DNA from: a virus
IMG/VR virus record: IMGVR_UViG_3300017971_000264
Location: 14,056-78,055 of that record
DNA length: 64,000 nt
Reading direction: 5' to 3' (one strand)
Shown: piece by piece, positions 48,012 to 57,589 of the stretch
How positions within the stretch are numbered: position 1 is the first letter of the stretch
How the letters are laid out: each line of letters starts with the position of its first letter
The notes under the pieces: model-generated
Database searches by the model: none
Seen by the model: the letters and a program-made list of their open reading frames with translations, nothing else
Told to the model about the DNA's origin: nothing
Position numbers and translations under genes: made by a program

Positions 48012-48118
48012 TTCCTGGGAGCCGCGGACGTGCCGAGTCAAGTCGGTTTGAGTTCCTCCTTCACTCTTGCCGACTCAGCCTGCCACGCTCGATTCGATGC
48101 GTCCGCCGCTCCCAGGAA
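48012..48118 (+). ncRNA. Putative structured RNA (long hairpin)
   Basis: Nested complementary arms; G-U pairs favour the + strand. Confidence 0.55.
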
Positions 48119-48147
48119 ATGCAGAGAACAGAAGGGAGAAACAACAG

Positions 48148-49374
48148 ATGGGACGTAGAAAGCGACTTGGATCGCACACCCCCCGTATGCTCGAAATCTT
48201 CGCAACATGCCGCAAAAAATATGAGATGGCCCACGTCAACGGACTGCGGAGAGCAGGTCGTGGGAAGCTCTCATTGAAGGAGCTTCTTGCGGAGCTGTTT
48301 CGAGCGAGAGACATCGCCATCGCGATGAGCATCGCGGATGTGCCGAGGGTGATGAACACAGCGCTGCACATGTGGAAAGCGCAGGTCACGCAGGAAGGGT
48401 TCAACCAAGAAGAGATCCGAGAGATCTGCGATGAAGCCAACAATATCGCGGCGTACTACCACGCGACACACCTGTCGGAAGATAGGAGGCTGTCGTTCAA
48501 GCAGGTTGAGGCGAGTAGACTCAGGAACACCAAATCGAAGAAGCTCGAACCGTTGGTCGGTCGCATCCTCGAAGGCAGAATCCTGAACCCCAAAACGCGA
48601 AGACAGAGCATGAGCAAGGTGGCGATTAGGTTGGACGGTGTGGTGATGCACGAATGTTCGACCGGAATGAAGCCGGCGCTGCTTGTGAGGTACTTCACTT
48701 CGAATCCGAACAGGCAAGAGGTTGAATCGGAACTGAGAGAGCGAATAGATTGGAGACCTCACCTCTGGCTTGCGATGCACCTGCTCAAGGTACCCATCGA
48801 CAGAATCGTGTTTGATGTCGTAAGGACAAAAGCACCAAGAGAGCCGAAGATGCTCAAGTGTACAAAGTGTAAGGGCAAGGGGTGCGAAGAGTGCGCAAAC
48901 ACAGGCGTGGGGCTGCCCAGCTCGGAATCAGTTGATACGACCCTTCGCGTGTGGTCTTCTGCGGTTTTGAAACATAAACACCTTGACACCGACAAAATAA
49001 AGGAGAAGTGTGGAAGGGTAATCGACCGTCTGAAGGTGAAAGGCGAGACCTTTGCCTACAGGTTCGAGACTCCAGTTTCCCCGGCTGGCGGAGTTCATTG
49101 GGAAAGGGAAGCTTGGGAGGTGTTCTCTGACATCAAGCGGCAGCGGAGGAGAGAAATCTGGCCGAAGAACATCGGTGCGTGCAAAGGAGTTCACGGTCTG
49201 TGTTCGTTCCTGCCTGCCTGTAGAGAGGAAGATTCTGAATCAATAGCCTGGTACGTGAAGGCGGACGACAAGTATCCAGGCGAATCAAACAGAAGGGAAG
49301 TCGCCGAAGAGGCGGCAAAACTAATCATGGAATGGAACATGAAGGAGGCTGAAAATGGGGGAAGCAGCGATTGA
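48148..49374 (+). CDS. PD-(D/E)XK Cas4/AddB-like protein with zinc-finger insert
   Basis: N-terminal TCRKKY plus C-terminal C...C..F...C; CTKCKGKGCEEC insert. Confidence 0.65.
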   Translation: MGRRKRLGSHTPRMLEIFATCRKKYEMAHVNGLRRAGRGKLSLKELLAELFRARDIAIAMSIADVPRVMNTALHMWKAQVTQEGFNQEEIREICDEANNIAAYYHATHLSEDRRLSFKQVEASRLRNTKSKKLEPLVGRILEGRILNPKTRRQSMSKVAIRLDGVVMHECSTGMKPALLVRYFTSNPNRQEVESELRERIDWRPHLWLAMHLLKVPIDRIVFDVVRTKAPREPKMLKCTKCKGKGCEECANTGVGLPSSESVDTTLRVWSSAVLKHKHLDTDKIKEKCGRVIDRLKVKGETFAYRFETPVSPAGGVHWEREAWEVFSDIKRQRRREIWPKNIGACKGVHGLCSFLPACREEDSESIAWYVKADDKYPGESNRREVAEEAAKLIMEWNMKEAENGGSSD

Positions 49375-50344
49375 TATGCTCCACGAACAGTGGGTAAAGC
49401 GTCGTCGTTCAGGTCTTGGTGCATCGGACATGCCGATCATCGTACTGGGTGAAGCGTATGAGCAGAAACCCATAGACGTGTATCTGTCCAAGATAGGGGC
49501 AGACATGGGGAACCAGGACCAGAAGATCTTCGAGCGCGGCCACGCACTCGAACCCCATGCACTCGAAGCGCTGAGAAAGAAATCAGGGCTTGAATTGGTA
49601 GTCCCGCAGACAGACGAAGAGAGGTACGGGAAGTTCTGGTTTGCTCATCCAGAGCAACCATGGATGTTTGCCAACCTCGACGCTTTCGTAGGAGACCCAA
49701 GAAAGGAGATCGCGGAAGCGAAGAGTGTCTGGGCGTACAAGTACCAGGAGATCAAAGAGCAGGGGTTGAGTGAAATCTACCAGATCCAGGGGCAGGCGCA
49801 GATGGCTGTCACGGGTGCCTCGGTCAACCACTTCTCGGTGTTCTCGGCTGAGTATTGGGACTGCCTGTACTTTCCGCTGGAGCGAGACGAGGAGATGATC
49901 GAGATGATCATCGCCAAGGGCAAAGAGTTCTGGGAGAACCATGTCCTTCGGCAAGAGCCGCCTCGCGATGAGAACTACGTGTACGAGGCGCCGGTGATGA
50001 AGATGAAGTCCGGCGAGTACAAAGACATGAGCGACAGCGAAGCCATGACCAAGGCGATGGAGCAGTACGTAAAGGCTCACTGGGCGCACAAGGATGCGGA
50101 AGAGGCAAAAGACGCAGCGAAGGTTGTGCTGGCTGGTCTCATGGAGATTTCCGAGGAGGAGGCTGTATCTGTCCACGGCAAGAAGATGACGTTCAGACCG
50201 TCGAAATCGACGTCGATGGACATGAAGTTGTTGGTGGCAACACATCCGGAAGTGAAGCCGGCGAAATTCAAGGTGGAGCGCTGGAGCAAACGTCCGTCCT
50301 TGACAGTGTACGTAGGGAAACGACCGGAAGCAGACAAAAAGTAA
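49355..50344 (+). CDS. YqaJ/lambda-exonuclease family nuclease
   Basis: W...RRSGLGASD, RGHALEP, ANLDA, EAKS, YQIQGQAQMAVTG. Confidence 0.92.
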   Translation: MGEAAIDMLHEQWVKRRRSGLGASDMPIIVLGEAYEQKPIDVYLSKIGADMGNQDQKIFERGHALEPHALEALRKKSGLELVVPQTDEERYGKFWFAHPEQPWMFANLDAFVGDPRKEIAEAKSVWAYKYQEIKEQGLSEIYQIQGQAQMAVTGASVNHFSVFSAEYWDCLYFPLERDEEMIEMIIAKGKEFWENHVLRQEPPRDENYVYEAPVMKMKSGEYKDMSDSEAMTKAMEQYVKAHWAHKDAEEAKDAAKVVLAGLMEISEEEAVSVHGKKMTFRPSKSTSMDMKLLVATHPEVKPAKFKVERWSKRPSLTVYVGKRPEADKK

Positions 50345-50380
50345 TTCTTGCTGGCAGGCAAGAAGGAGGGATTTAGAAAA

Positions 50381-51532
50381 ATGACAGACAAAGAAATCGC
50401 AATATACCAGAAGTCATACGAAGGAATTTCGGCAATGCTCAACCAGACGAAGGTAGAGCTTTCCAGGGCGTTACCCAAATATATAGCTCCGGACAAGATG
50501 ATCAGAGCAGCCTTGACCCTGTGGAGAGGGAAGCCAGAACTTTTGTCGGTGACACCAACATCGTTTGTGGGTGCTGTTCTGGAGTGTGCGCAGCTTGGAC
50601 TCATCCCGGATTCGATACTTGGACACGCGCACATTGTGGCGTTCTGGAACTGGAAGAAGAAAAGGAACGAGGCACAGTTAGTCCCTGGCTACAAGGGATA
50701 TGTCCACCTCGCTCGCGCAACAGGTGAAGTCAATGACTTTGACGCGCAGATAGTGTTTTCCAAAGACGAGTTCGAGTTTTCGAAAGGGTCTAAGCGCCAC
50801 CTTCATCACTCTTGGGATCACACGAAAAGGCATTCTGAAAGAGGAGAGAAGGTCGCCGTGTACACCTTTGTGGTGATGAAGAATGGCGAGGAGCATTTCG
50901 AGGTGATGAACTGGATGGACATTCTCGACCATAGAGAGAAGGTGTTGGCGAAGAAAAACATCTATATCACGACAAACGAGAATGGCGAAGAAGTGGCCAT
51001 AAAGAAGAAATATGATGGCTCCGAAAAAGAAACATCAAGCACGTGGGTTGATTATTTGGACTGGATGGCCAAGAAGACAGTAATTTTGCAAGCCTCGAAA
51101 CTTCTCCCTCTATCACCAACGTTTGAAAGGGCTGTAGCCTTGGATGAGGCAGCGACGTTTGGATATGATCAGAACTTGGGAGCCACAGTAGCTGAGATTC
51201 TCCCGGACATTGAAGAAGCAGTGGAATCACAGCATGAAGTGCAAGATATGGGCGCGACAGAGCAAACAGGCGAAGATCTCAAGGCGAAGCTACGGCAAGA
51301 GCAGGAGGAAAAGAAAAACGGTGGCGATGAAAAACCTCCGGAGGAAGAAACAGAAGGGCCGGAAGAGGAGACCGAGCAAGAGGAGACCAAGGAAGAAGAA
51401 CGGGACTCGAACGGGATGAGCGCAGAGGATAGGAAAGCCCTCGAAGCAGCACGAGAGCGTGCGAAGAAGAAGAACGGCAATGGAGGGAAAAAGAAGGGAG
51501 AGCAGAAAGAGCTTCTGCCATCGGAGGAATAG
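50381..51532 (+). CDS. recT: RecT single-strand annealing protein
   Basis: CAQLGLIPD..LGHAHIV, GYKG, MAKKTV, LPLS. Confidence 0.92.
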   Translation: MTDKEIAIYQKSYEGISAMLNQTKVELSRALPKYIAPDKMIRAALTLWRGKPELLSVTPTSFVGAVLECAQLGLIPDSILGHAHIVAFWNWKKKRNEAQLVPGYKGYVHLARATGEVNDFDAQIVFSKDEFEFSKGSKRHLHHSWDHTKRHSERGEKVAVYTFVVMKNGEEHFEVMNWMDILDHREKVLAKKNIYITTNENGEEVAIKKKYDGSEKETSSTWVDYLDWMAKKTVILQASKLLPLSPTFERAVALDEAATFGYDQNLGATVAEILPDIEEAVESQHEVQDMGATEQTGEDLKAKLRQEQEEKKNGGDEKPPEEETEGPEEETEQEETKEEERDSNGMSAEDRKALEAARERAKKKNGNGGKKKGEQKELLPSEE

Positions 51533-51535
51533 ACG

Positions 51536-52648
51536 ATGGGAGGGACGCAGAAGAAGAGAAAGTATCGCAAGACTGAATGCTACATGTGGAGCGACAATCG
51601 CTTTCTCTCCATGTCGGATGATGCCAGACAGATTTGGTTATATCTGCTGGGCAGCCACAGAACATCCGATGCTCCGGGGCTGGTCGTTACATCGGTGCTG
51701 ACCATGGCGGACGATTTGAAGTGGTATGAACGCGATGGAATCAAAAGTTTGGAGAGAATCGAGAACGCCATCCAGGAGATACGAAGGCGGAAGTGGCTGG
51801 AGGTTGACTCAGAGGCGAAGGTGATGCTCGTGACCAACTCGGTGAAGCACAATCTTCCGTCTTCGCCGAATGTTGTTACCCACTGGCATCGGTCGTTCAT
51901 GGAGGTTCCGGACACTCCCCTCAAGTCGAGTTGGTTGAGATACGCGAGAAAAGCGTTGGTGGAAGAACTCGGAGAGGACTGCGGAAGGGTGGCGAAGTTC
52001 GATGAGGTACTATACGGGCCGCACTTCAAAGAGTCCGAAATTGCTCAGGAAACGCTGCCACAAATAGACAGAGGAAACGTTGAGGGTAACGTTGGTACCA
52101 ATGTTGGGGGTAACGTTGGTACCAACGTTGGTGGGAACCTTGACCTAAACCTTGGCGCCAACATTGCCGAAACCAAGAACAGTAACAATAGCAAGATCAG
52201 TAACAAGATCAGTAACAAGGACAGTAACAAGAACAATACAAGAGAAGAGGGGCCTGCCAAGGCAAGCCCCTCCGCTACCAAGGAGCGTCTCTCTAAGCTC
52301 AATAAAAAACAGAGAGCAGCGTATGACGCGCTGAAGGGACAGAAATTCACCTATGCGAGAAGCGAGGAACCGGTGACGCTGGGAGAAATAGACATCGACA
52401 TCATAGCCCTTGGCGAGATTCTCGGTGGCAGCGCATACCCAGGGATTGATCCAGTCATAGAAATAGGCAGAGCGGCGAACTGGACTCTTACGAACAAGAG
52501 CAAGGCGAAAGTGATGCTGGATCGTTTCTTGGTGAATTGGTTCAACAGGCGTCAGGAGGGTGGGGGAACAAGGGGGTATGTTGCAGATGACGACGATGCA
52601 GGCGAATCGGTGTACGATCTGAAGAAGAAGGTGCAAGATGCAAAATAG
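51536..52648 (+). CDS. Phage replication initiator (O-like)
   Basis: MWSD.RFLSMS...WLYLL N-terminus; internal repeats; FLVNWFNR; upstream of DnaB. Confidence 0.75.
   Translation: MGGTQKKRKYRKTECYMWSDNRFLSMSDDARQIWLYLLGSHRTSDAPGLVVTSVLTMADDLKWYERDGIKSLERIENAIQEIRRRKWLEVDSEAKVMLVTNSVKHNLPSSPNVVTHWHRSFMEVPDTPLKSSWLRYARKALVEELGEDCGRVAKFDEVLYGPHFKESEIAQETLPQIDRGNVEGNVGTNVGGNVGTNVGGNLDLNLGANIAETKNSNNSKISNKISNKDSNKNNTREEGPAKASPSATKERLSKLNKKQRAAYDALKGQKFTYARSEEPVTLGEIDIDIIALGEILGGSAYPGIDPVIEIGRAANWTLTNKSKAKVMLDRFLVNWFNRRQEGGGTRGYVADDDDAGESVYDLKKKVQDAK
52076..52240. repeat. Putative replication origin: iteron array plus A-rich repeats
   Basis: 8 units at 12-bp period (AACGTT/AATGTT/AACCTT/AACATT) followed by AGTAACAAG repeats. 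Confidence 0.75.
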
Positions 52649-54086
52649 AGGCGCACCGCAAAGCGAATGGCACGGAGGGAGAATTCCCCCTTACAGTCGT
52701 ACAGCAGAGCAGGCAGTTCTCGGAGCTATCCTTCTGAACAACAGAGCGTTGAGAGTGGTCAAGAATGTCGTCACGGTGGATTCGTTCTACGTTGAGGCGA
52801 ATCGCAGGATTTTCCAGGCGATGGATGACCTCGATATGAAAGGAGACCCCATTGACCACGTGACCCTTGGAGAGGAACTTTCCAGCGCAGGCGATCTGCA
52901 AAAGGTCGGCGGCATCATGGCCCTCGACAAGCTCACCGATGCGGTGGCAACGGTTGCCAATGTCGACTACTACGCGAAGATCATCAGGGAAAAGGAAATC
53001 GTTCGAAAGATGATCTACGCAGCTCAGCAGATTGTAGCCGATGGCTTCAGCGATTTGAGCGACGTGGACACGTTCATGAATGAGTCACGAGCTTCGATAC
53101 TCGCGGCAACCGCAGAGAGGACAGCGGGACTATCGGCCATTCGTATCGATGCGGACATCGACGAAGTGGTCGAGGAAGTGATTGAAGGACGTGAGCCGGA
53201 AGGTCTTGTGAAGACAGGAATCGGAGATCTCGATGATGTGACAGGCGGGCTATACCCAGGACTGATGCATGTGATTGCGGGTAGGCCGGGAATGGGTAAG
53301 AGCGCAATGGCGCTGAACATTTGCCTGAACACCGCGTTGTCTCAGAAGAAGTCTTTGTACGTATCCTTAGAGGATGTTCGAAAGTTCCTTTCGCTACGAA
53401 CACTGGCGAGATTTGCAGATATGGATTTGCAGAACCTCGTGCTGAGAAGAACAAAGCCGGACGACAGATATGCCCTGGAGGGTGCAGCTCAGAAAATAAA
53501 GGGACTACCCTTCTGGGTCGCTGACTTTGCAGGCATGACGGCAGATCGCGTCAAGCAGGTGATCACGGCTCACATGGATCTTCACGGCTTGGACTGTGTG
53601 GCGATTGACCACTTGCAGCATGTCCATGGAGAAGGTGACAGGCTGGAAGTGGTGAGCAAGGCGGCGAAGCTGTTTGCTGATATGGCAAAGGAGCTGAACC
53701 TTCCCGTGATTGCCGTTTCTCAGTTGAACCGCGGTGTTGAAAGCCGTCCGGATAAGCGTCCGAGGATGTCGGATCTGAAGGAAACAGGCGAGATTGAACA
53801 GGTGGCGAGGGCAGTGTGGCTCATGTACAGGCCGTCGTATTACAAGCCGGAACACGACGAGCATGAGTTGGAGCTGAACGTTGGGAAGGCCAATCATGGA
53901 AAGACCGGTCGCGTCAAGCTTTGGTGCGACCTGAGTAGGATGTTCATCACAGATGAGCAGACCGGAGGACAGGTTGAAGAGGTCCGCAGGAATCCACAGA
54001 TGCGGATTGATTCTGAGATGACGGGAGGAGATGCTCCCGAACAACGAGGAGATGCAGAAGATGACGACGAATTTGGAGCCTGGTAA
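52638..54086 (+). CDS. dnaB: Replicative DNA helicase
   Basis: AEQAVLGAIL, GRPGMGKS, IDHLQ, SQLNR, RP.MSDLKETGEIEQ. Confidence 0.96.
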   Translation: MQNRGAPQSEWHGGRIPPYSRTAEQAVLGAILLNNRALRVVKNVVTVDSFYVEANRRIFQAMDDLDMKGDPIDHVTLGEELSSAGDLQKVGGIMALDKLTDAVATVANVDYYAKIIREKEIVRKMIYAAQQIVADGFSDLSDVDTFMNESRASILAATAERTAGLSAIRIDADIDEVVEEVIEGREPEGLVKTGIGDLDDVTGGLYPGLMHVIAGRPGMGKSAMALNICLNTALSQKKSLYVSLEDVRKFLSLRTLARFADMDLQNLVLRRTKPDDRYALEGAAQKIKGLPFWVADFAGMTADRVKQVITAHMDLHGLDCVAIDHLQHVHGEGDRLEVVSKAAKLFADMAKELNLPVIAVSQLNRGVESRPDKRPRMSDLKETGEIEQVARAVWLMYRPSYYKPEHDEHELELNVGKANHGKTGRVKLWCDLSRMFITDEQTGGQVEEVRRNPQMRIDSEMTGGDAPEQRGDAEDDDEFGAW

Positions 54087-55131
54087 AACAATCACTCCAG
54101 GAGTGAAAGACATTACGCTTGTCGTCTGCCAGTGCGGAAGCGCGAAGTTCGTGGTCCGCAAGCAGTTGAAAGACTCCGTTGCGATCACATGCGTGAAGTG
54201 CAAGGGAGAGACGACAGTAAAGGGGAACATCGCCTTCGCCCCGGTAGACGAGGGAGCCATCAGTGTTGCCGTCACCGAGAAGGTGATCGGCCCTTCGGGC
54301 ATTTCGACGAGAAAGAAGAAAGAGGTCCCGGAGAACGAGAAGCCAAAGACCCTCGGAGAGCAGGGGTTCAGGCAGTTCAGGTTCCGTATTGGAGTTGAAG
54401 CTTCAAAGACGGTTCAAAGGGCGCTGGAGGTGATCCGCGTCATGAACTACGGCCAGGAGGAGTATCAGCAAACAACGTGGCAAGGGTTCGCCCTGGAGGC
54501 CATGGCTGCTGACTTCATTGCAGGAGCAGATCCGAGAGCGGTAGCCATCGTAGACGCGCAGGATGAGGCGGTCGCAGCAGCGGCAGAAAAGGCCAAGAAG
54601 GAACTTACCCAGCGGCAGGTTCGCGACATCCGGAGGAAGACGCGAGAGGATCTGGCGAGCAAGATGCACGGTGAGGAGGAAGCTCCAGAGGAGAGTGAAG
54701 AAGCTGCCCAGGATACCGAGGACGGCGAAGACACGCAGGTTTTTGACCACGGAAGGCTTGAGAGAGCAGTTCAGGCAGGAATCAACGACATTCGAGAGCA
54801 AACCAGGGTAGGCGTCGGAACGCTCCAGGAGCTTAAGGGAATGTGGGAGAAGAACGGTGGCTACCTGCTCAGAGTGGATGGAGATGAGAGGACTGTGTCC
54901 TCCACTGGCCAGCGTCCGCACGTCTACTTCTGGATGAAGGACGAAGCCGAGGCTGAGTTCGAGTTGTACTACGATGAAGAGATGGAGAAGAAGGACTCCG
55001 GCGGAGTGCTGATGGATGCAGCCGTCTCGGTAGTGGAGCTTGTTCCGGCTGGATACTCGAAGTTCGAAACGAAAGACAAGTGGCAGCGACCAGCAATCGC
55101 CCACAAGCGCGAGGAGATGGCAAGTGAGTGA
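54061..55131 (+). CDS. Zinc-ribbon hypothetical protein
   Basis: CQCG/CVKC; SD GAGGAG; start uncertain. Confidence 0.7.
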   Translation: MTTNLEPGKTITPGVKDITLVVCQCGSAKFVVRKQLKDSVAITCVKCKGETTVKGNIAFAPVDEGAISVAVTEKVIGPSGISTRKKKEVPENEKPKTLGEQGFRQFRFRIGVEASKTVQRALEVIRVMNYGQEEYQQTTWQGFALEAMAADFIAGADPRAVAIVDAQDEAVAAAAEKAKKELTQRQVRDIRRKTREDLASKMHGEEEAPEESEEAAQDTEDGEDTQVFDHGRLERAVQAGINDIREQTRVGVGTLQELKGMWEKNGGYLLRVDGDERTVSSTGQRPHVYFWMKDEAEAEFELYYDEEMEKKDSGGVLMDAAVSVVELVPAGYSKFETKDKWQRPAIAHKREEMASE

Positions 55132-55438
55132 AGCAGAAAATACACCGACCACGGGAACAACCCTGAGCAAGATGCTTGCGGATGCAGCATCTGAGGAGCT
55201 GACTTCTCTCTTCGCGAAGTACGAAAACGCGGAGAGAGAGAGCGATCACCAGACAGCGGTCAGTTGCCTTGAGGCCATGGCGAGACTCAAGATGAAGATC
55301 GCCAAGGACTCGTTCATGATGGCGACGATGGCGGCCAGAACCTTCGGCGTCTCTCAGAGACCAGATGCAGAAAAGCCGAAAGGGAAAGAGCCTCCGATGG
55401 TGCCATCGAGGCCCGTTCCGGGAGGCGAGCCGGACTAA
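55124..55438 (+). CDS. Hypothetical protein
   Basis: GTG after GAGGAG, overlapping the upstream gene end. Confidence 0.65.
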   Translation: MSEAENTPTTGTTLSKMLADAASEELTSLFAKYENAERESDHQTAVSCLEAMARLKMKIAKDSFMMATMAARTFGVSQRPDAEKPKGKEPPMVPSRPVPGGEPD

Positions 55439-55503
55439 GGTGAACGAATAGTTCATTTGTGATAGTATCTTACGAGCAAACAGACAGGCGAAAGGAAGAG
55501 CCA

Positions 55504-56373
55504 ATGTTGGCGAAAAGCGCGAAAGTAGATTTCGAGGGCGATGGATTCTCTAAAAGGAATGCCATTGTCTTTGCAGGCCGCGAGTTCTGCATCGGAACGA
55601 GAGTTCACCGGTGGAACGAGAAGAGCGGTTTCAACGGATACACGAAGAAGCACGTCCATATCGAGGAAGAGGACCGAGCGACAGGCAAGGTGAAGGTCAT
55701 CGACTTCAGGGGACCACGGTACAGGCACCGCAGGGCGGGCCTCAAGGGGATAAAGCAGTTCTTTATCCATCACTCCGGAGGCGACGGAAACGGCGCAGGT
55801 AACATCTTCAGGACCCTGTACATGTATCGTAATCTCTCAGTCACCTATGTCGTCGATGATGACGGGCAAATCTGGCAGTTCAACGATGCGCTGGATGTCA
55901 CGAGACATGGTGGGTCTCACAACCAGATGTCCATCGGAGTGGAGTGTTGTCTGTTCCCGTTCCACGACGAGAAGCCGAACTATTACAGCGAGAAGAGAAA
56001 CAAGCGAACGAACAATCTTCCGCACAAGACGAAGATCGACACCATCCACGGTCAGAAGATCAAGGTGTTCTGCTTCACGGACCCGCAGGTAGACGCGCTT
56101 GCCAGACTCGGCGCAGGCAACTGGCTCGCTCTTCAGATCTTGAAGGGGACGAAAACAGACGACCTAGCGCCACCGGTGTTCCCAAGGAACGCACGTGGAA
56201 ACATCCCACGTACGACGGTGAAGAATCCCAAGGGGCATACTGGCCTGATTGGTCATTTGCAGGTTACACGTCGGAAGCCGGACCCAGCCGGATTCCCATG
56301 GGAAGAATACGAAGAGAAGGTTCATGATTACTTCTGGACGTTCGCCGCTGGGAATCAGGAGCTTTACCTGTAA
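55504..56373 (+). CDS. Endolysin, N-acetylmuramoyl-L-alanine amidase (Amidase_2)
   Basis: FIHHS, DDDGQIWQ, HGG..N..SIGVE, GH......K.DP. Confidence 0.88.
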   Translation: MLAKSAKVDFEGDGFSKRNAIVFAGREFCIGTRVHRWNEKSGFNGYTKKHVHIEEEDRATGKVKVIDFRGPRYRHRRAGLKGIKQFFIHHSGGDGNGAGNIFRTLYMYRNLSVTYVVDDDGQIWQFNDALDVTRHGGSHNQMSIGVECCLFPFHDEKPNYYSEKRNKRTNNLPHKTKIDTIHGQKIKVFCFTDPQVDALARLGAGNWLALQILKGTKTDDLAPPVFPRNARGNIPRTTVKNPKGHTGLIGHLQVTRRKPDPAGFPWEEYEEKVHDYFWTFAAGNQELYL

Positions 56374-56397
56374 GCAGCTCCTGGCAAGGAGGTTACG

Positions 56398-57246
56398 ATG
56401 AAGAGCGAAGTTGTGTCGGTACTGACGGCAGTACTGGTGGCATTGATTTTGATTGTTGGATTCACGTGGGGATCTCAGGAGGAGGTTGCCATGGCATCCG
56501 AAGCACAGAACGATGCTCCATGGCTGCAAGAGGAGCCGGAGCCACAATATCTCCACGAGCATTGCTGCGAATGCGATGCGATGGCCGGAGTGGAATATCC
56601 AGTAGAGATGCCAGACTCGAAGGTCGATGAATCAGACAGGGCAGAGTACGAGGTTTCCTACGATACGATGGTCGATGAGCTGGTTGTTCTTTGGAATCTG
56701 ATGTTCGATGACGATGGGGCGAAGAAGGCAGACCCTCGTAGGGAGAAGTTCGACCGCTACGCTGAGATTGTTGCAGACTGGGTGGTCTACTACCAGAACA
56801 ACGAGACAGATATTGGAGGGAAGCTCCCAGGCCACATGAACGATCACCTGCTCGCCGGAATCATCGTGAAGAAGGAAAGTTCAGTTCGTCCAGAGGTTGT
56901 GGGAGCAGCTCCGCGCTTCGAAGTGGGGATGATGCAGGTGTGGGGGGTGGCTCTCGCCGGATACTCCAGGGAGCAGGTGAAGAACAACACGAAGCTTGGT
57001 GTGATGCTTGGAGTCAGGTGGCTTGCATCACGTGTTCAATGGTGTGAAGGCGACGAACTGGAAGAGAATGGCTGGGATGATTCAAGTTGGGTTGGTCCGT
57101 TGTCCCTCTATGCCAGCGGCCCCCCTGCTCAGAAGAGCAAGAAAGAAAAGACCTGTCGACGTTTCAAGCCAGGCGTCGAGAGGTCAAGAGCGCTTTCCCT
57201 CTACCGCGCAAGAGTAGATGCGGAGATGCTGATGTACGGAGATTGA
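56398..57246 (+). CDS. Membrane-anchored or secreted lytic transglycosylase-like protein
   Basis: N-terminal hydrophobic helix; KESS...VGMMQV SLT motifs. Confidence 0.65.
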   Translation: MKSEVVSVLTAVLVALILIVGFTWGSQEEVAMASEAQNDAPWLQEEPEPQYLHEHCCECDAMAGVEYPVEMPDSKVDESDRAEYEVSYDTMVDELVVLWNLMFDDDGAKKADPRREKFDRYAEIVADWVVYYQNNETDIGGKLPGHMNDHLLAGIIVKKESSVRPEVVGAAPRFEVGMMQVWGVALAGYSREQVKNNTKLGVMLGVRWLASRVQWCEGDELEENGWDDSSWVGPLSLYASGPPAQKSKKEKTCRRFKPGVERSRALSLYRARVDAEMLMYGD

Positions 57247-57247
57247 G

Positions 57248-57589
57248 ATGAACGCCAGCTTCGAACAGTTCGCGGATGTCAGAGATGTCCTGGACTTCCT
57301 TCTGTCAGTGGCAGACCCGAACGGTGAGAATCATCGGGAGCTGTCCAAGCTCAAGAAAAAAGTCGAAGAGAATGTCATGCTAGGACCACGTTCGAGACGA
57401 TATATCCAAACGTGCGTCGAGCAGCTTGTTGACAGAATTGAATGTAGGAGAATGCGAGCCTACGACGGGCTTTGCATGAAACTGAAAGGCAAGGGGACAT
57501 GCACCTTTGTCAACCGCTGGAAAGAGTGTATGGCGTACGAGCCGGCCACTCCCACAGCAGAACCCTTGAAGGAGGGGATTAATGAGTGA
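57248..57589 (+). CDS. Hypothetical Cys-rich protein
   Basis: ORF in a tightly packed run. Confidence 0.7.
   Translation: MNASFEQFADVRDVLDFLLSVADPNGENHRELSKLKKKVEENVMLGPRSRRYIQTCVEQLVDRIECRRMRAYDGLCMKLKGKGTCTFVNRWKECMAYEPATPTAEPLKEGINE

Noticed and set aside
52638-54086. Intein in DnaB
   Set aside because: Normal length (482 aa) with contiguous helicase motifs
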